NCBI GenBank assembly: GCA_023264445.1
Contig: JAHFMN010000002.1
Coordinates: 2,365-66,364, forward strand
Direction of reading: 5' to 3'
From: Candidatus Kaiserbacteria bacterium
GTDB lineage: Bacteria > Patescibacteriota > Minisyncoccia > Phycocordibacterales > Phycocordibacteraceae
Length of the DNA: 64,000 bases
This document shows, piece after piece, positions 9,969 to 20,211 of this stretch. The translations under genes and the position numbers were made by a program. The notes under the pieces are model-generated. The model saw only the letters and a program-made list of their open reading frames with translations, made no database searches and was not told the DNA's origin. The stretch's first letter is position 1, and each line of letters begins with the position of its first letter.

Positions 9969-12191
9969 ATGAGTCGCGGCAATGGCAGAAACGGTAATGG
10001 CGCTAAGAGAGGGCGTGCGCGAGAGGAAGAAGTCAAGGAATACGATATGCTCATTCGCTATGCTTCGGCGATTGTACTCCTCGCTGCGGGTGTCTTGCTC
10101 ACTCTTTCCATATTCGGCGCTGCGGGTCCGGTCGGGACTATCGTATTCACTACCAGTTATGCCATCGTGGGGATCGGGGCGTTTCTCCTTCCTTTCGCTT
10201 TGATAGCAGTCGGTCTGTATGCGGGATTCGGACGTCCAGCGCTTGAGCCTCTTACTGCCTCCGGCCTTCTCATTACACTCGCCTCGATTCTCGCCTTTGC
10301 GGGCCTCTTTCCCGGTTCAGACTTTGGGGGGAAAGCCGGCTCGTGGGAAGGAGCTATGCTCGTCGGATTCTTCGGCTTCTGGGGAGCACTCGTCCTGCTT
10401 ATCGCTTCTATCGCCATCGGCGTCGCTATCGTGGCGGATCTCGAGGCGCTTGGAGTGCTTCTCGGCGAGAATGTACTCTCGCTGTGGCAGCGTATTCGGC
10501 CAGCACGCAGACAAGATGAAGAGGGGGAGTTGGAAGAAGAGTTTTCCGACGTCGTCGGCGTTCCAGAAGATGAGGAAGACGCATATGAAGAGGAACCGGG
10601 AGAAAATGATTCTTCAGCGGATACCGAGCCGACGATAACCGTCTTCAATCGTTCACAAGGTGCCCAAGGAACGGGCATAGCGAACTTTGATGCCGAGTAT
10701 GAGGCGCCGCCGCTCTCCATCCTCGGCGCTGATCGCGGACGCCCGGGCGTGGGAGACATAAAGGCGAATGCAAACATCATCAAGCGTACATTCCAGAACT
10801 TCGGCATTCACCTTGAAATGGATGAGGTCTCGGTCGGTCCGACTGTCACGCGATATGCAGTGAAGCCGGCTGAGGGTGTGCGTCTTTCCAAGATCGTATC
10901 GCTCGCGAATAATCTGGAGCTCGCGCTTGCGGCCCATCCGGTGCGCATTGAGGCGCCGATTCCTGGCAAATCACTCGTGGGTATCGAGGTACCAAACACA
11001 ACTAAGGCGATGGTCGGACTTGGCGGTCTTCTCTCTGCACCGGAATGGTCTGACAGCACGAAACCTCTGCTTGCCGCGCTTGGACGCGATATCACCGGCA
11101 CACCACACTATGTGAACATCGCGAAGATGCCGCACGGACTTGTCGCGGGAGCCACAGGCTCTGGAAAGTCCGTTGCTATCCATGCGCTCATTACGTCCCT
11201 CCTCTATCGGAACGGTCCGAATCAGCTGCGCTTTATCATGATTGACCCGAAGCGGGTAGAACTCACTGCCTATAACGGCATCCCGCATCTGCTTACACCA
11301 GTCATCACCGATCCAAAGAAAACCATCCTTTCCCTCAAGTGGGCGGCAAAGGAAATGGAACGTCGATACAATCTCCTTGAAGCAGAACACGTGCGCGACA
11401 TTGACTCCTATCATTCCTCCGTCTATGAGCCGGCAAAAAAGAGTCGGGCCGAAGAGATGCCTGAAGCCCTTCCCTTCATCGTCATCGTCATCGATGAGCT
11501 TGCTGACATCATGCATAGTTACCCGCGAGAGCTTGAAGCATCTATTGTGCGCCTCGCACAGATGTCGCGCGCTGTCGGCATCCATCTAGTGCTTTCGACC
11601 CAGCGTCCATCGGTCAACGTCATCACCGGCCTCATCAAGGCGAACGTGCCGACGCGCATGGCGCTCCAGGTCGCTTCACAGATCGATTCTCGCACCATTC
11701 TTGACGGCTCCGGCGCTGAGACTCTGCTTGGCGCCGGCGACATGCTCTACCTCTCAAGCGATATGCAGAAGCCAGTACGCATACAGACCGCATTCATCAG
11801 CGAAGGAGAAGTGAAAAAAGTGGTTAGTTACATCAAAAGCCACAATGTCGGCGACCTCTCAAGTATCGACCTAGGCGGATCCAGTACAAACGGAGACCAT
11901 ACCGACGTCATCGGGCTTACGCACGGTACCGGAGATGATGACGATATTGATGATGATTTGTATGAGGATGCACGGGTCGCAGTCGCAGAGGCAGGTCGCG
12001 CTTCGACTTCCTATCTGCAACGGAAACTGAAGATCGGATATTCGCGTGCCGCGCGACTAATGGATGTGCTTGAAGAACGTGGCATCATCGGCCCTGCCGA
12101 TGGCAGTAAGCCGCGCGAGGTGCTTCTACGCGGATCATCCCCTACAAGCGTCGCTTCCCAGAGCACGAAAGATGAGGAGGAATTCTTTTAG
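9969..12191 (+). CDS. ftsK: DNA translocase FtsK/SpoIIIE
   Basis: N-terminal TMs; GATGSGKS Walker A; IDELADIM; QRPSV; gamma domain ASTSYLQRKLKIGYSRAARL. Confidence 0.97.
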   Translation: MSRGNGRNGNGAKRGRAREEEVKEYDMLIRYASAIVLLAAGVLLTLSIFGAAGPVGTIVFTTSYAIVGIGAFLLPFALIAVGLYAGFGRPALEPLTASGLLITLASILAFAGLFPGSDFGGKAGSWEGAMLVGFFGFWGALVLLIASIAIGVAIVADLEALGVLLGENVLSLWQRIRPARRQDEEGELEEEFSDVVGVPEDEEDAYEEEPGENDSSADTEPTITVFNRSQGAQGTGIANFDAEYEAPPLSILGADRGRPGVGDIKANANIIKRTFQNFGIHLEMDEVSVGPTVTRYAVKPAEGVRLSKIVSLANNLELALAAHPVRIEAPIPGKSLVGIEVPNTTKAMVGLGGLLSAPEWSDSTKPLLAALGRDITGTPHYVNIAKMPHGLVAGATGSGKSVAIHALITSLLYRNGPNQLRFIMIDPKRVELTAYNGIPHLLTPVITDPKKTILSLKWAAKEMERRYNLLEAEHVRDIDSYHSSVYEPAKKSRAEEMPEALPFIVIVIDELADIMHSYPRELEASIVRLAQMSRAVGIHLVLSTQRPSVNVITGLIKANVPTRMALQVASQIDSRTILDGSGAETLLGAGDMLYLSSDMQKPVRIQTAFISEGEVKKVVSYIKSHNVGDLSSIDLGGSSTNGDHTDVIGLTHGTGDDDDIDDDLYEDARVAVAEAGRASTSYLQRKLKIGYSRAARLMDVLEERGIIGPADGSKPREVLLRGSSPTSVASQSTKDEEEFF

Positions 12192-12197
12192 GAGACG

Positions 12198-12533
12198 ATG
12201 ACCCAATATCTCATTGCTTTCGTTTTCATCGTTCTCATGGGATATGGACTTATCGAAGCATGGCCGCTTCTAGCGGGCCCTTCCCTCTCTATTTCCTCCC
12301 CGAAGAACGACACGCCATACCCGAGTGGAACTGTCAGCATCACCGGAGTAGCTGTACGCGCCGCAACGCTGACGCTCAATGGCGCGCCCCTTCTCCATGA
12401 GAAGAATGGACATTTCTCTTCAACGCTTACGTTTCCCCGCGGAGGGTCTATACTTACCTTCGTCGCTACCGACCGCTTTGGGCGGACGGTCATCGCGACT
12501 CGCTCTATTTTCGTACCAACCACAAACGAGTAG
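12198..12533 (+). CDS. Small membrane-anchored Ig-like protein
   Basis: TM plus GP.LSISSP...ITG..LTLNG...ATDRFG beta-sandwich pattern. Confidence 0.7.
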   Translation: MTQYLIAFVFIVLMGYGLIEAWPLLAGPSLSISSPKNDTPYPSGTVSITGVAVRAATLTLNGAPLLHEKNGHFSSTLTFPRGGSILTFVATDRFGRTVIATRSIFVPTTNE

Positions 12534-12553
12534 CAGCTAACCAATAACACATC

Positions 12554-13603
12554 ATGGCCTTCGGTAAACCAAAGAAAGAGAAAGTGCTTAAATCAATCAC
12601 GGCGACGAGTACGGATAAGGATGAGAAACAGAGATCTATTGAGCACGCGCTCAAGGAGATACGCACAAAATTCGGGGACGAGGCCATCACTACCTACGGT
12701 GCAGGCGCACCACAGAAGATACCGGTGATAGGAACAGGCTCTATCGGGCTTGATGCTGCTCTCGGCGTCGGCGGGCTTCCGCGCGGGCGCATCATCGAGA
12801 TATTCGGTCCGGAATCCTCCGGCAAAACAACGCTCGCACTTCATGTCATTGCCGAGGCACAAAGAACGGGTGGCATCGCCGCATTTGTCGACGCCGAACA
12901 TGCTCTTGATCCTGAATACGCTCGGCGCATCGGCGTAAAGCTTTCTGAACTCCTTATCTCCCAGCCGGACACTGGTGAACAGGCGCTCGACATCGTCGAG
13001 TCGCTCGTGCGTAGTGGTAACGTTGATGTCATCGTCATTGACTCCGTCGCAGCGCTCACGCCGAAAGATGAAATCGAGGGCGAGATGGGCCAGCAGCATG
13101 TCGGTAAGCAAGCCCGGCTCATGAGCCAGGCATTACGCAAACTGACCGCCATCGTCTCCCGTAGCAAGACCATCGTCATCTTCATCAATCAGATCCGTAT
13201 GCAGATTGGCGTCATGTTCGGCAACCCAGAGACGACGCCGGGCGGCAAGGCGCTCAAATTCTACACGTCCATACGCTTGGATATCCGCCGAATCGCATCC
13301 ATCAAGAAAGGCGAGGAAGTCGTCGGCGGCCGAGTGCGGGTGAAAGTGGTGAAGAATAAAGTTGCCGCGCCATTTAAGACGACCGAATTTGATCTCCTCT
13401 ACAACGAAGGGATTAGTCGCGAGGGCGAACTTATCGCGCTCGGTGAGAAATACGGCCTTGTTGCAAAATCGGGTTCTTCGTATGCCTTCGGGAAAACATC
13501 GCTTGGTCGCGGGTATGACGCATCACGCACCTTCCTGCACAGCAATAAGGACGTTTCAAAAGAACTGCTCAAGCAGATACGAGAAAAGCTCGCAGAAGGA
13601 TGA
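12554..13603 (+). CDS. recA: Recombinase RecA
   Basis: [26 protein letters not shown] motifs. Confidence 0.99.
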   Translation: MAFGKPKKEKVLKSITATSTDKDEKQRSIEHALKEIRTKFGDEAITTYGAGAPQKIPVIGTGSIGLDAALGVGGLPRGRIIEIFGPESSGKTTLALHVIAEAQRTGGIAAFVDAEHALDPEYARRIGVKLSELLISQPDTGEQALDIVESLVRSGNVDVIVIDSVAALTPKDEIEGEMGQQHVGKQARLMSQALRKLTAIVSRSKTIVIFINQIRMQIGVMFGNPETTPGGKALKFYTSIRLDIRRIASIKKGEEVVGGRVRVKVVKNKVAAPFKTTEFDLLYNEGISREGELIALGEKYGLVAKSGSSYAFGKTSLGRGYDASRTFLHSNKDVSKELLKQIREKLAEG

Positions 13604-13646
13604 TCGCTGCAACCTCTCCCTCCCCCATCTTGTTCTATAGACCAAG

Positions 13647-14516
13647 ATGAAGATTGGATTTATTGGGCAGGGATGGATTGGGAAGAACTATGCAGATGAT
13701 TTTCAGGCGCGCGGCTACGATGTTGTCCGGTATGCGCTCGAAGAACCATATGTCGCAAACAAAGGAAAGATTGCTCTTTGCGATATTGTGTTCATTGCCG
13801 TCCCGACGCCGACAACGCCCGATGGATTCGATTACTCGTCCATCCGCAATGTACTACCGCTCGTAGGCAAGGGGAAGACTGTTGTCATAAAATCAACGAT
13901 ACTCCCCGGCACGACTGAAGCGCTGCAAAAACTTTTCCCGAATCTTTTCATACTGCACAGTCCGGAATTCCTCGTCGAATCCTCCGCCGCCTATGATGCG
14001 GCACATCCTAATCGCAATATCATCGGTATCCCTATACAGGACGCCTTGTACCGCGAAAAAGCCGAGAAAGTGCTCCAAGTCCTCCCCGATGCGCCATACG
14101 CGAAGATCATGGCCGCACGAGACGCCGAGTTTGTGAAATATGCCGGCAACTGTTTCCTCTTTACTAAGGTCATGTTCATGAATCTGCTCCACGACGTTGT
14201 CATCGCGACAGGTTCTGATTGGGCGGGCGTACGCGAAGCGCTTATCCATGATCCGCGCATCGGGACGAGCCACACCGAGCCCGTGCATAAGAGCAGACAG
14301 GGGGCGAAAAGCGGGCGGGGAGCGGGCGGCCATTGTTTCATCAAGGACTTCGAAGTATTCCGAGAGATGTATCGTGCGAACGTGCCCGATGCATATGGAA
14401 ATGCCTTACTCGCTGCCCTAAAGGACAAGAACATCGAATTACTCGTAAACTCGAAAAAGGATATCGATCTGCTCGAAGGAGTATACGGTGATATTAGTGG
14501 TTATATGCACTCTTAG
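13647..14516 (+). CDS. UDP-glucose/GDP-mannose dehydrogenase family protein (short form)
   Basis: GQGWIG Rossmann motif; AVPTPT; KSTILPG; PEFL; GGHCFIKD. Confidence 0.85.
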   Translation: MKIGFIGQGWIGKNYADDFQARGYDVVRYALEEPYVANKGKIALCDIVFIAVPTPTTPDGFDYSSIRNVLPLVGKGKTVVIKSTILPGTTEALQKLFPNLFILHSPEFLVESSAAYDAAHPNRNIIGIPIQDALYREKAEKVLQVLPDAPYAKIMAARDAEFVKYAGNCFLFTKVMFMNLLHDVVIATGSDWAGVREALIHDPRIGTSHTEPVHKSRQGAKSGRGAGGHCFIKDFEVFREMYRANVPDAYGNALLAALKDKNIELLVNSKKDIDLLEGVYGDISGYMHS

Positions 14517-14854
14517 GCGGCTTTTGCGGCGGAAATGAAGGCGAGCGCGCGAACAATCTCGCGGGCAACAAAGAAGAGCGCAGCGAGTGCCAACAGCACG
14601 AGTACCTGCACAAGCAGATGCGTATGCATGAATGCTGCGAGATAGAAACCGGGGAGATTGAGCACGTCCGTCGGGGCATTCTGCAGCACATGCGCTACCC
14701 ATACTTCCCTGCCGATGCCCCAGAGTGCGAGAAGTGATATGAGCGTAGAGAATACGCCGCTTGAAATAGCAAACCGGAGCGCGCGAATGAGGTGCACGCG
14801 CTGCATCACGATGCGTTCAATGTTTGTCTGTTCATTCATAGTGTTGTTCATCAT
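14513..14854 (-). CDS. Small membrane protein, probable partner of the ECF sigma factor
   Basis: Two hydrophobic segments; overlaps the 3' end of the sigma gene. Confidence 0.65.
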   Translation of the reverse strand: MMNNTMNEQTNIERIVMQRVHLIRALRFAISSGVFSTLISLLALWGIGREVWVAHVLQNAPTDVLNLPGFYLAAFMHTHLLVQVLVLLALAALFFVAREIVRALAFISAAKAA

Positions 14855-15410
14855 ACGCCTGTTTGAAGAGTTTTTTAGCGCGATGCACGCGAGTTTTTAC
14901 CGCTGGAATCGAAAGCTGCTCCGCCTCTGCGATTTCCTCCTGACTTTTCCCTTCTATAAATTGCATCCGTAGGATTTTTGCTGCGGTTTCGGGAAGCTTC
15001 GCGAGTGCCGTGATAACCTCATTCCGTATCGAAAGGTCCTCGAGAAATTCCGCCCGTGCGTCTGGCAATGATTCATAGTGTTCGGGTTCGAGCTCCGCAC
15101 GCTTCCCCCGCTCGATGCTCTGTGCACGATATTTCGTGTACGCAACGCGATTCAGGATGGTGTACGCCCACGAGGAAAAGCTCGCCCCCTCCTGCGGATG
15201 GTACTTATCCGCGTAGAGGTACATCTTAGTGAAGGCATCTTGCACCACCTCCTCGGCATCTTCGGGACTCTTGAGGATGGTCCGGGCTCTCCGCAGAAGC
15301 GCTGCTTCGTAGCGGCGGACGAGTACCGCAAAGAGGTCTGGTTCCTTCTGGGAACGAGCTAATACCTCGGCATCGGGGAGATTCGAGAGTTCGGTGGTTG
15401 AAAAAGCCAT
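14832..15410 (-). CDS. ECF-type RNA polymerase sigma factor
   Basis: DAEEVVQDAF (region 2), FSSWAYTI, SQEEIAE.....AVKTRVHRAK (region 4). Confidence 0.93.
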   Translation of the reverse strand: MAFSTTELSNLPDAEVLARSQKEPDLFAVLVRRYEAALLRRARTILKSPEDAEEVVQDAFTKMYLYADKYHPQEGASFSSWAYTILNRVAYTKYRAQSIERGKRAELEPEHYESLPDARAEFLEDLSIRNEVITALAKLPETAAKILRMQFIEGKSQEEIAEAEQLSIPAVKTRVHRAKKLFKQAYDEQHYE

Positions 15411-15491
15411 TATGTCTGCTAGCATACACGAATTCCCGTCCTGACGGGATACTTTTTATAACTCACTTTATCCAGCACTTGTTACAAGCAT

Positions 15492-16067
15492 ATGGCCGTC
15501 CTCTCATATAACGAAATACTTCCGAAGACCATCATCAACTACAACGACGAGCCGTATGAAGTGCTCTCGTCGCATATCTTCCGCATGCAAATGCGTAAGC
15601 CCGTGAACCAGACAAAATTGCGCCAACTTGTGGGTGGCAAGGTCATTGAAATATCGTTCCACCAGAATGAGACAGTTACTGAAGCAGAAACCGATAAGAT
15701 GCAGGCGCAGTATCTCTACTCTAACCGCGGCGAGAGCTGGTTTGCCGAGGAAGGGAATGCGAAGAATCGCTTTTCATTTCCTGAAAATCAGGTGCACGAC
15801 AAAGTGCAGTGGCTCGTACCAAACACTTCAGTCGAAGTGCTCACGTATGAAGAGAAGCCGATGGCCATCAAAATACCCGTAAAAGTAGACCTTGAAGTGA
15901 AGGACGCACCACCGGCCGTCAAAGGCAATACCGTTTCAGGAGGCTCGAAACTTGTCATTCTCGCAACGGGTGCAAAAGTAAATGTGCCGCTTTTCATCAA
16001 TACGGGCGACGTCGTGCGCATTAACACCGATACGGGCGAATACACTGAACGCGTTGAGAAAGCATAG
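15492..16067 (+). CDS. efp: Elongation factor P
   Basis: PPAVKGNT, TGAKVNVPLFINTGD, DTGEYTER motifs. Confidence 0.95.
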   Translation: MAVLSYNEILPKTIINYNDEPYEVLSSHIFRMQMRKPVNQTKLRQLVGGKVIEISFHQNETVTEAETDKMQAQYLYSNRGESWFAEEGNAKNRFSFPENQVHDKVQWLVPNTSVEVLTYEEKPMAIKIPVKVDLEVKDAPPAVKGNTVSGGSKLVILATGAKVNVPLFINTGDVVRINTDTGEYTERVEKA

Positions 16068-16076
16068 CGACACAGA

Positions 16077-16130
16077 AAATTAAAAAGAGGGAGTAGGCCT
16101 GGGGCCCGGAGCGCTCCCTCTTTTTAATTT
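16077..16130. terminator. Bidirectional terminator between convergent efp and rpsR
   Basis: AAATTAAAAAGAGGGAG...CTCCCTCTTTTTAATTT inverted repeat. Confidence 0.75.
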
Positions 16131-16144
16131 ACCTGTGGATTCCT

Positions 16145-16351
16145 TTATGCGGCAACGTAGGGGAGGAGTGCCATATAGCGAGCGCGCTTTATGGCTTGTA
16201 CGATATCGCGCTGCTTCGCAGCCGGGATGCCAGTGCGTTTCTTGGAAAGAATTTTCGCGTGAGGATTTGTAAACAGTTTCAGATACGCGACATCCTTGTA
16301 GTCGATAAATTTCTTGATTTCTACTTCTTCGCGTTCAGCTTGATAGGCCAT
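16145..16351 (-). CDS. rpsR: 30S ribosomal protein S18
   Basis: IDYKD, KQR....AIKRARYMALLPY. Confidence 0.97.
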   Translation of the reverse strand: MAYQAEREEVEIKKFIDYKDVAYLKLFTNPHAKILSKKRTGIPAAKQRDIVQAIKRARYMALLPYVAA

Positions 16352-16382
16352 GTTGAATAATTGCTATTTAAACCTAAATAAA

Positions 16383-16832
16383 TTAGAAGGGAATATCTTC
16401 CGGATTAATCTCTTCATCGGGATATTTGATTGCTTCGGCATCGCTCGGAGCCGGCTGTTCCCCGTGAGAGTCTTGCCCTGCTCCGGAACCCCCGCCCTTG
16501 CCACCATCGGCACCGAACTGGAAGGTATCCACGACAATTTCAGTACGATAATTCTTCTTGCCGCTCTCCTTATCGTCCCACGAGCGAGTCTGGATCCGTC
16601 CCTCGACGAAGATGGGGCGCCCTTTCTTCATGTACTGCGCGATGACTTCCGCCGTGCGGCCGAAGGCGACGACGTTGTGAAATTCCGTTGCCTCCTGCTT
16701 AGCTCCGCTTTTGTCCTTAAAGGTACGGTTCGTCGCTATGCCGAAGTTCACGACCTGCCCTCCAGACGGAAGTGCTTTCAGCTCCGGATCGCGGGTGAGG
16801 TTACCGTAGAGAAATGCCTTGTTAAGATACAT
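16383..16832 (-). CDS. ssb: Single-stranded DNA-binding protein
   Basis: NKAFLYGNLTRDPE, VEGRIQTRSW, C-terminal EDIPF; TATAAT 6 nt before ATG 16832. Confidence 0.98.
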   Translation of the reverse strand: MYLNKAFLYGNLTRDPELKALPSGGQVVNFGIATNRTFKDKSGAKQEATEFHNVVAFGRTAEVIAQYMKKGRPIFVEGRIQTRSWDDKESGKKNYRTEIVVDTFQFGADGGKGGGSGAGQDSHGEQPAPSDAEAIKYPDEEINPEDIPF

Positions 16833-16839
16833 GATTGAA

Positions 16840-17331
16840 TTATACCGCAGCGTTCTCGAGAGCTGCGTCGAGCTCGGTGCCGAGAACCGCATCCACGTCT
16901 TCAGTGCGCTCCGAAGTCTTCAAGGAGAGTTCGCGCATTTCTACGGCATGACGAGCAGCATCTTTCGTCGTCAGGATATCGATGAAACGAATGATACGCT
17001 TATCGGCATGTGCCACAGAAAGAATCTCCGCATGTTCCGGCGCTACAGTTTCGTAGGCAATCCAGGAAAAATAAGCGGAGTCAAAATCGCGCCGGCCGGA
17101 GGTCTCTTGGCGGGAGATGGTGTAAGCGAGCTGCACCATGTGCGGCTCGCCCTCGGCGACGAGGGTGCCCTTCCCCGAAATGAGTTCGCGGACCGCCTGG
17201 TAGGCCTTCTTTACCTCCTCGCTCGGAAGCTCGGGGTCGAGATGGAAGCCAAGCTCATATACGCGGGGATCTCCACCCACGTCTTCAAACGATTCATCTA
17301 CGCGCATCTGCGCATCCTGTTCCTTCGCCAT
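16840..17331 (-). CDS. rpsF: 30S ribosomal protein S6
   Basis: YELGF, LAYTI, IIRF motifs; rpsF-ssb-rpsR synteny. Confidence 0.9.
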   Translation of the reverse strand: MAKEQDAQMRVDESFEDVGGDPRVYELGFHLDPELPSEEVKKAYQAVRELISGKGTLVAEGEPHMVQLAYTISRQETSGRRDFDSAYFSWIAYETVAPEHAEILSVAHADKRIIRFIDILTTKDAARHAVEMRELSLKTSERTEDVDAVLGTELDAALENAAV

Positions 17332-17375
17332 AGTGGCGCTATCCTAGCACGGGATTTTAGTGCTCGCAAGAACGA

Positions 17376-18194
17376 TTACGACGTCCTTGCACCAGGCATA
17401 TTGAACATGCGATATGCGTTTGAAAGAAGTGCTGCACGGACAGTCTCGAGGTCTTCGCCTCTGATGTCTGCAATCTTAGCCACAACGTCCTGCACGGCAA
17501 GCGGGTCGTTTCTCGAGCCGCGCGCTCGATTGGTCGGCGGCACATAGGGAGAGTCCGTCTCTGAGAGGACGCTCGAAAGCGGGATGGCTCTGATAACTTC
17601 ATCATAGTCGCGCGCAAAAGTTATAACCGCTGTGAAAGAAAGTGTGAAGTCGAGGGCAGCGAGTGCCTGCGCTTCAGGGATGCCACCAACAAAGAAATGA
17701 ATATCCCCTCGCAGATTCGGATGAATGCGCTTTGCTTCCGTCAGGATTGAAATCAAATCGTGATAGGCGTCCTGCGTGCCCTTGCTCGGGCGCGAGTGGA
17801 TGATGAGCGGCTTATCGAGCTCCGCAGCAAGTGCTATCTGGTCCTGCAGTATTGCCTTTTGTTTACGCTTCACTTCATCATTTACCTCTATTGGACGGAA
17901 GTAGTCTAATCCGCACTCCCCTATCGCAACGACTTTTGCGCTCTTCGCGAGCGTGCGGTACTGCTCGACCTCATACCATTCGTCGCCTTCTCGGTTCGGG
18001 TGGAGCCCGATCGAAGCGAACAGATGGTCATGCCTCTCGGCAAGCGCTACCGCACGCTTTGAAGATTCGAGATCGACGCCGACGACGATGCCGAGAACGC
18101 CTTCATGGCGCATTCGTTCAATAAGCTCCTCATCGTCTGATGCGTATTGGTCAAACTGGATATGGCAATGCACGTCGGCATACTTTGCTTGCAT
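17376..18194 (-). CDS. tatD: TatD family nuclease
   Basis: DVHCH, GLHP, AIGECGLDY, ETDSPY motifs. Confidence 0.95.
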   Translation of the reverse strand: MQAKYADVHCHIQFDQYASDDEELIERMRHEGVLGIVVGVDLESSKRAVALAERHDHLFASIGLHPNREGDEWYEVEQYRTLAKSAKVVAIGECGLDYFRPIEVNDEVKRKQKAILQDQIALAAELDKPLIIHSRPSKGTQDAYHDLISILTEAKRIHPNLRGDIHFFVGGIPEAQALAALDFTLSFTAVITFARDYDEVIRAIPLSSVLSETDSPYVPPTNRARGSRNDPLAVQDVVAKIADIRGEDLETVRAALLSNAYRMFNMPGARTS

Positions 18195-18261
18195 GGGCGC
18201 ACGATAGCATAAAAACAAAAGGCGGCTCGATGCTCGAGCCGCCTGCCTGAACTTGAGATGC

Positions 18262-18690
18262 TTACTCCCCCTCCCCGATCCATCGACCCACCTTCTCGTT
18301 TGCCTTGTCGAAAAGGTAGAGAGCCCCGCCGACCGGTAACGCGCAAACCGTAAGGTACAAGAGCGTTTCCCTGAAAAGGCGCCTTCGTGCCCTGACGATT
18401 AACGCGGCCGCAAATGCGAACGCGATGCTGCACAGGGCACTGAAAATCGCAAGGACTGCCACCACATGGGTGAATAGCATGGATGTCGCAAAAAGCGACG
18501 ACATCGCGACTAAGACACCTATGTTGTCCCGGTAAATCAAAGCCGCGCATACCATGACGACGCTTGCCCATGTGGCAGCAACGACCAAGGCCGTCGGAAA
18601 CGAGTACCCATCCACGATGTTGTAGATGAGAACCCCGAAAATAACCTGGGGAGCCAAAATCCATGCCCCCCACTTCCCAAGAATTTCCAT
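18262..18690 (-). CDS. Hypothetical membrane protein
   Basis: Multiple TM helices; GGGAG SD and a TTGACA promoter upstream. Confidence 0.65.
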   Translation of the reverse strand: MEILGKWGAWILAPQVIFGVLIYNIVDGYSFPTALVVAATWASVVMVCAALIYRDNIGVLVAMSSLFATSMLFTHVVAVLAIFSALCSIAFAFAAALIVRARRRLFRETLLYLTVCALPVGGALYLFDKANEKVGRWIGEGE

Positions 18691-18765
18691 GAGACTCCCC
18701 CGATAGGTACGACTCACGCGGCGCGCGAGTTCCAAGTTAAATTATGGGCTATAGATAACAATTTG

Positions 18766-20205
18766 TCAAATCCGCGGAAAGAGGTTCTCGGGTTTTTTAT
18801 GTATACGCACTGCCTCACTTATTTGTGCACTCGTGCTGGGCATGAAGGACTCAAGTTCAATGGAGGTTGCGTGCAACTCTCTTACCAATTTCTTGATGAT
18901 TGAAAGAGCTTTCTCGCGAATAGCACCATCATCGGATTTAACACCCGCAAAAGGCTTCTCGAGTGCAATAAGAGCATCATCATGTCCGATACGTTCCCAA
19001 ATACCATCCATCGCACGACCAAACTCAAAAACTTCCACATGAGCGGCAACTGAAACATCCGGCTCGGTCTCTCCGGTTATTTCTACTGGACCTTCAAGAT
19101 AGGCCACAGCCATTTGCATCACGCGAGCGACGAGATTGCCAAGGCCGTTAGTAAGATTTGCTGTGTACCATTCATCGAGCCGTTCCCAGGTAACATCCGA
19201 ATCCTCCATCGGATTCACATGCCGCAAAAGCAAATAGCGCGTTGCGTCGGTACCGTATTTTTTCACCAAATCGTATGGATTGATGACATTGCCGAGCGAT
19301 TTACTCATCTTCTGCCCTCCCGAGTTTATGAAACCATGATAGAAGACTCGGTCGGTATTCTTGATGCCTGCAGATATAAGCATGGCTTGCCAGATAAGCG
19401 ACTGGAATCGTACTTGATCCTTCCCCGCTACTTGGAGCGTCGTGCCCTCTTCCCAAAATTTCTTGAAGGTTCCTTCAGAATCGTTTGGCCAACCAAGTGT
19501 CGAAATATAGCCTGTCAGAGCATCAAACCACACATACATCACTTGAGAATCATCCCCAGGAACCGGAATACCCCAAGAAAGGCGTGCTTTCTCGCGGGAG
19601 ATGCTGAAATCTTCGAGACCGCCTTTCACGAACGCGATAGCTTCTTCGCGGCGCCAGTCAGGAATGATGCTATCCGGGCGAGACAAATGTGTAAGGAGCT
19701 GATCGGCATATTTTGAAAAGCGGAAGAAATAATTCTCTTCGGTTATCTCCTGCAGTTCGAGAGTTGTATGGATACTGCAGTGGCCGTCCACTATCTCTTT
19801 CTCCGTCTTGTATGATTCGCACCCGACGCAATAGAGGCCCGTGTACGACTTTTTATAGATGTCGCCTGACGCGTCGCAACGGCGCCACATCTCTTGTGCG
19901 GCACTGACGTGTTCCGGACTCGAAGTACGGATGAAATGCAGAGCATCAAGATTGAGGGATTCTTTCAGCTTCTTGAATTCGTTTGCGTAGTGATCAACAT
20001 AGGTGTGCACCTCCTGCCCGGCTTTCTCTGCAGCTTCAAGGATCTTCTGCCCATGCTCATCAGTACCGGTATTGAAAAATACTTCATCCCCTGCGGCGCG
20101 CCAGGTGCGTGCGAGCACATCGGCCTGCACGATTTCAACTGCAAATCCGATATGCGGATCGGCATTCACATACGGCAGCGTAGTAGTGATGTAGCGCGCA
20201 CTCAT
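18766..20205 (-). CDS. metG: Methionine--tRNA ligase (no C-terminal tRNA-binding domain)
   Basis: PYVNADPHIG, GTDEHG, YVWFDAL, KMSKS motifs. Confidence 0.97.
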   Translation of the reverse strand: MSARYITTTLPYVNADPHIGFAVEIVQADVLARTWRAAGDEVFFNTGTDEHGQKILEAAEKAGQEVHTYVDHYANEFKKLKESLNLDALHFIRTSSPEHVSAAQEMWRRCDASGDIYKKSYTGLYCVGCESYKTEKEIVDGHCSIHTTLELQEITEENYFFRFSKYADQLLTHLSRPDSIIPDWRREEAIAFVKGGLEDFSISREKARLSWGIPVPGDDSQVMYVWFDALTGYISTLGWPNDSEGTFKKFWEEGTTLQVAGKDQVRFQSLIWQAMLISAGIKNTDRVFYHGFINSGGQKMSKSLGNVINPYDLVKKYGTDATRYLLLRHVNPMEDSDVTWERLDEWYTANLTNGLGNLVARVMQMAVAYLEGPVEITGETEPDVSVAAHVEVFEFGRAMDGIWERIGHDDALIALEKPFAGVKSDDGAIREKALSIIKKLVRELHATSIELESFMPSTSAQISEAVRIHKKPENLFPRI

Positions 20206-20211
20206 GCGAAA

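Noticed and set aside
13647-14516. Short UDP-glucose dehydrogenase, yebC, holA and polA as pseudogenes
   Set aside because: Frames are intact with conserved catalytic motifs and clean ends; domain trimming is expected in reduced genomes.
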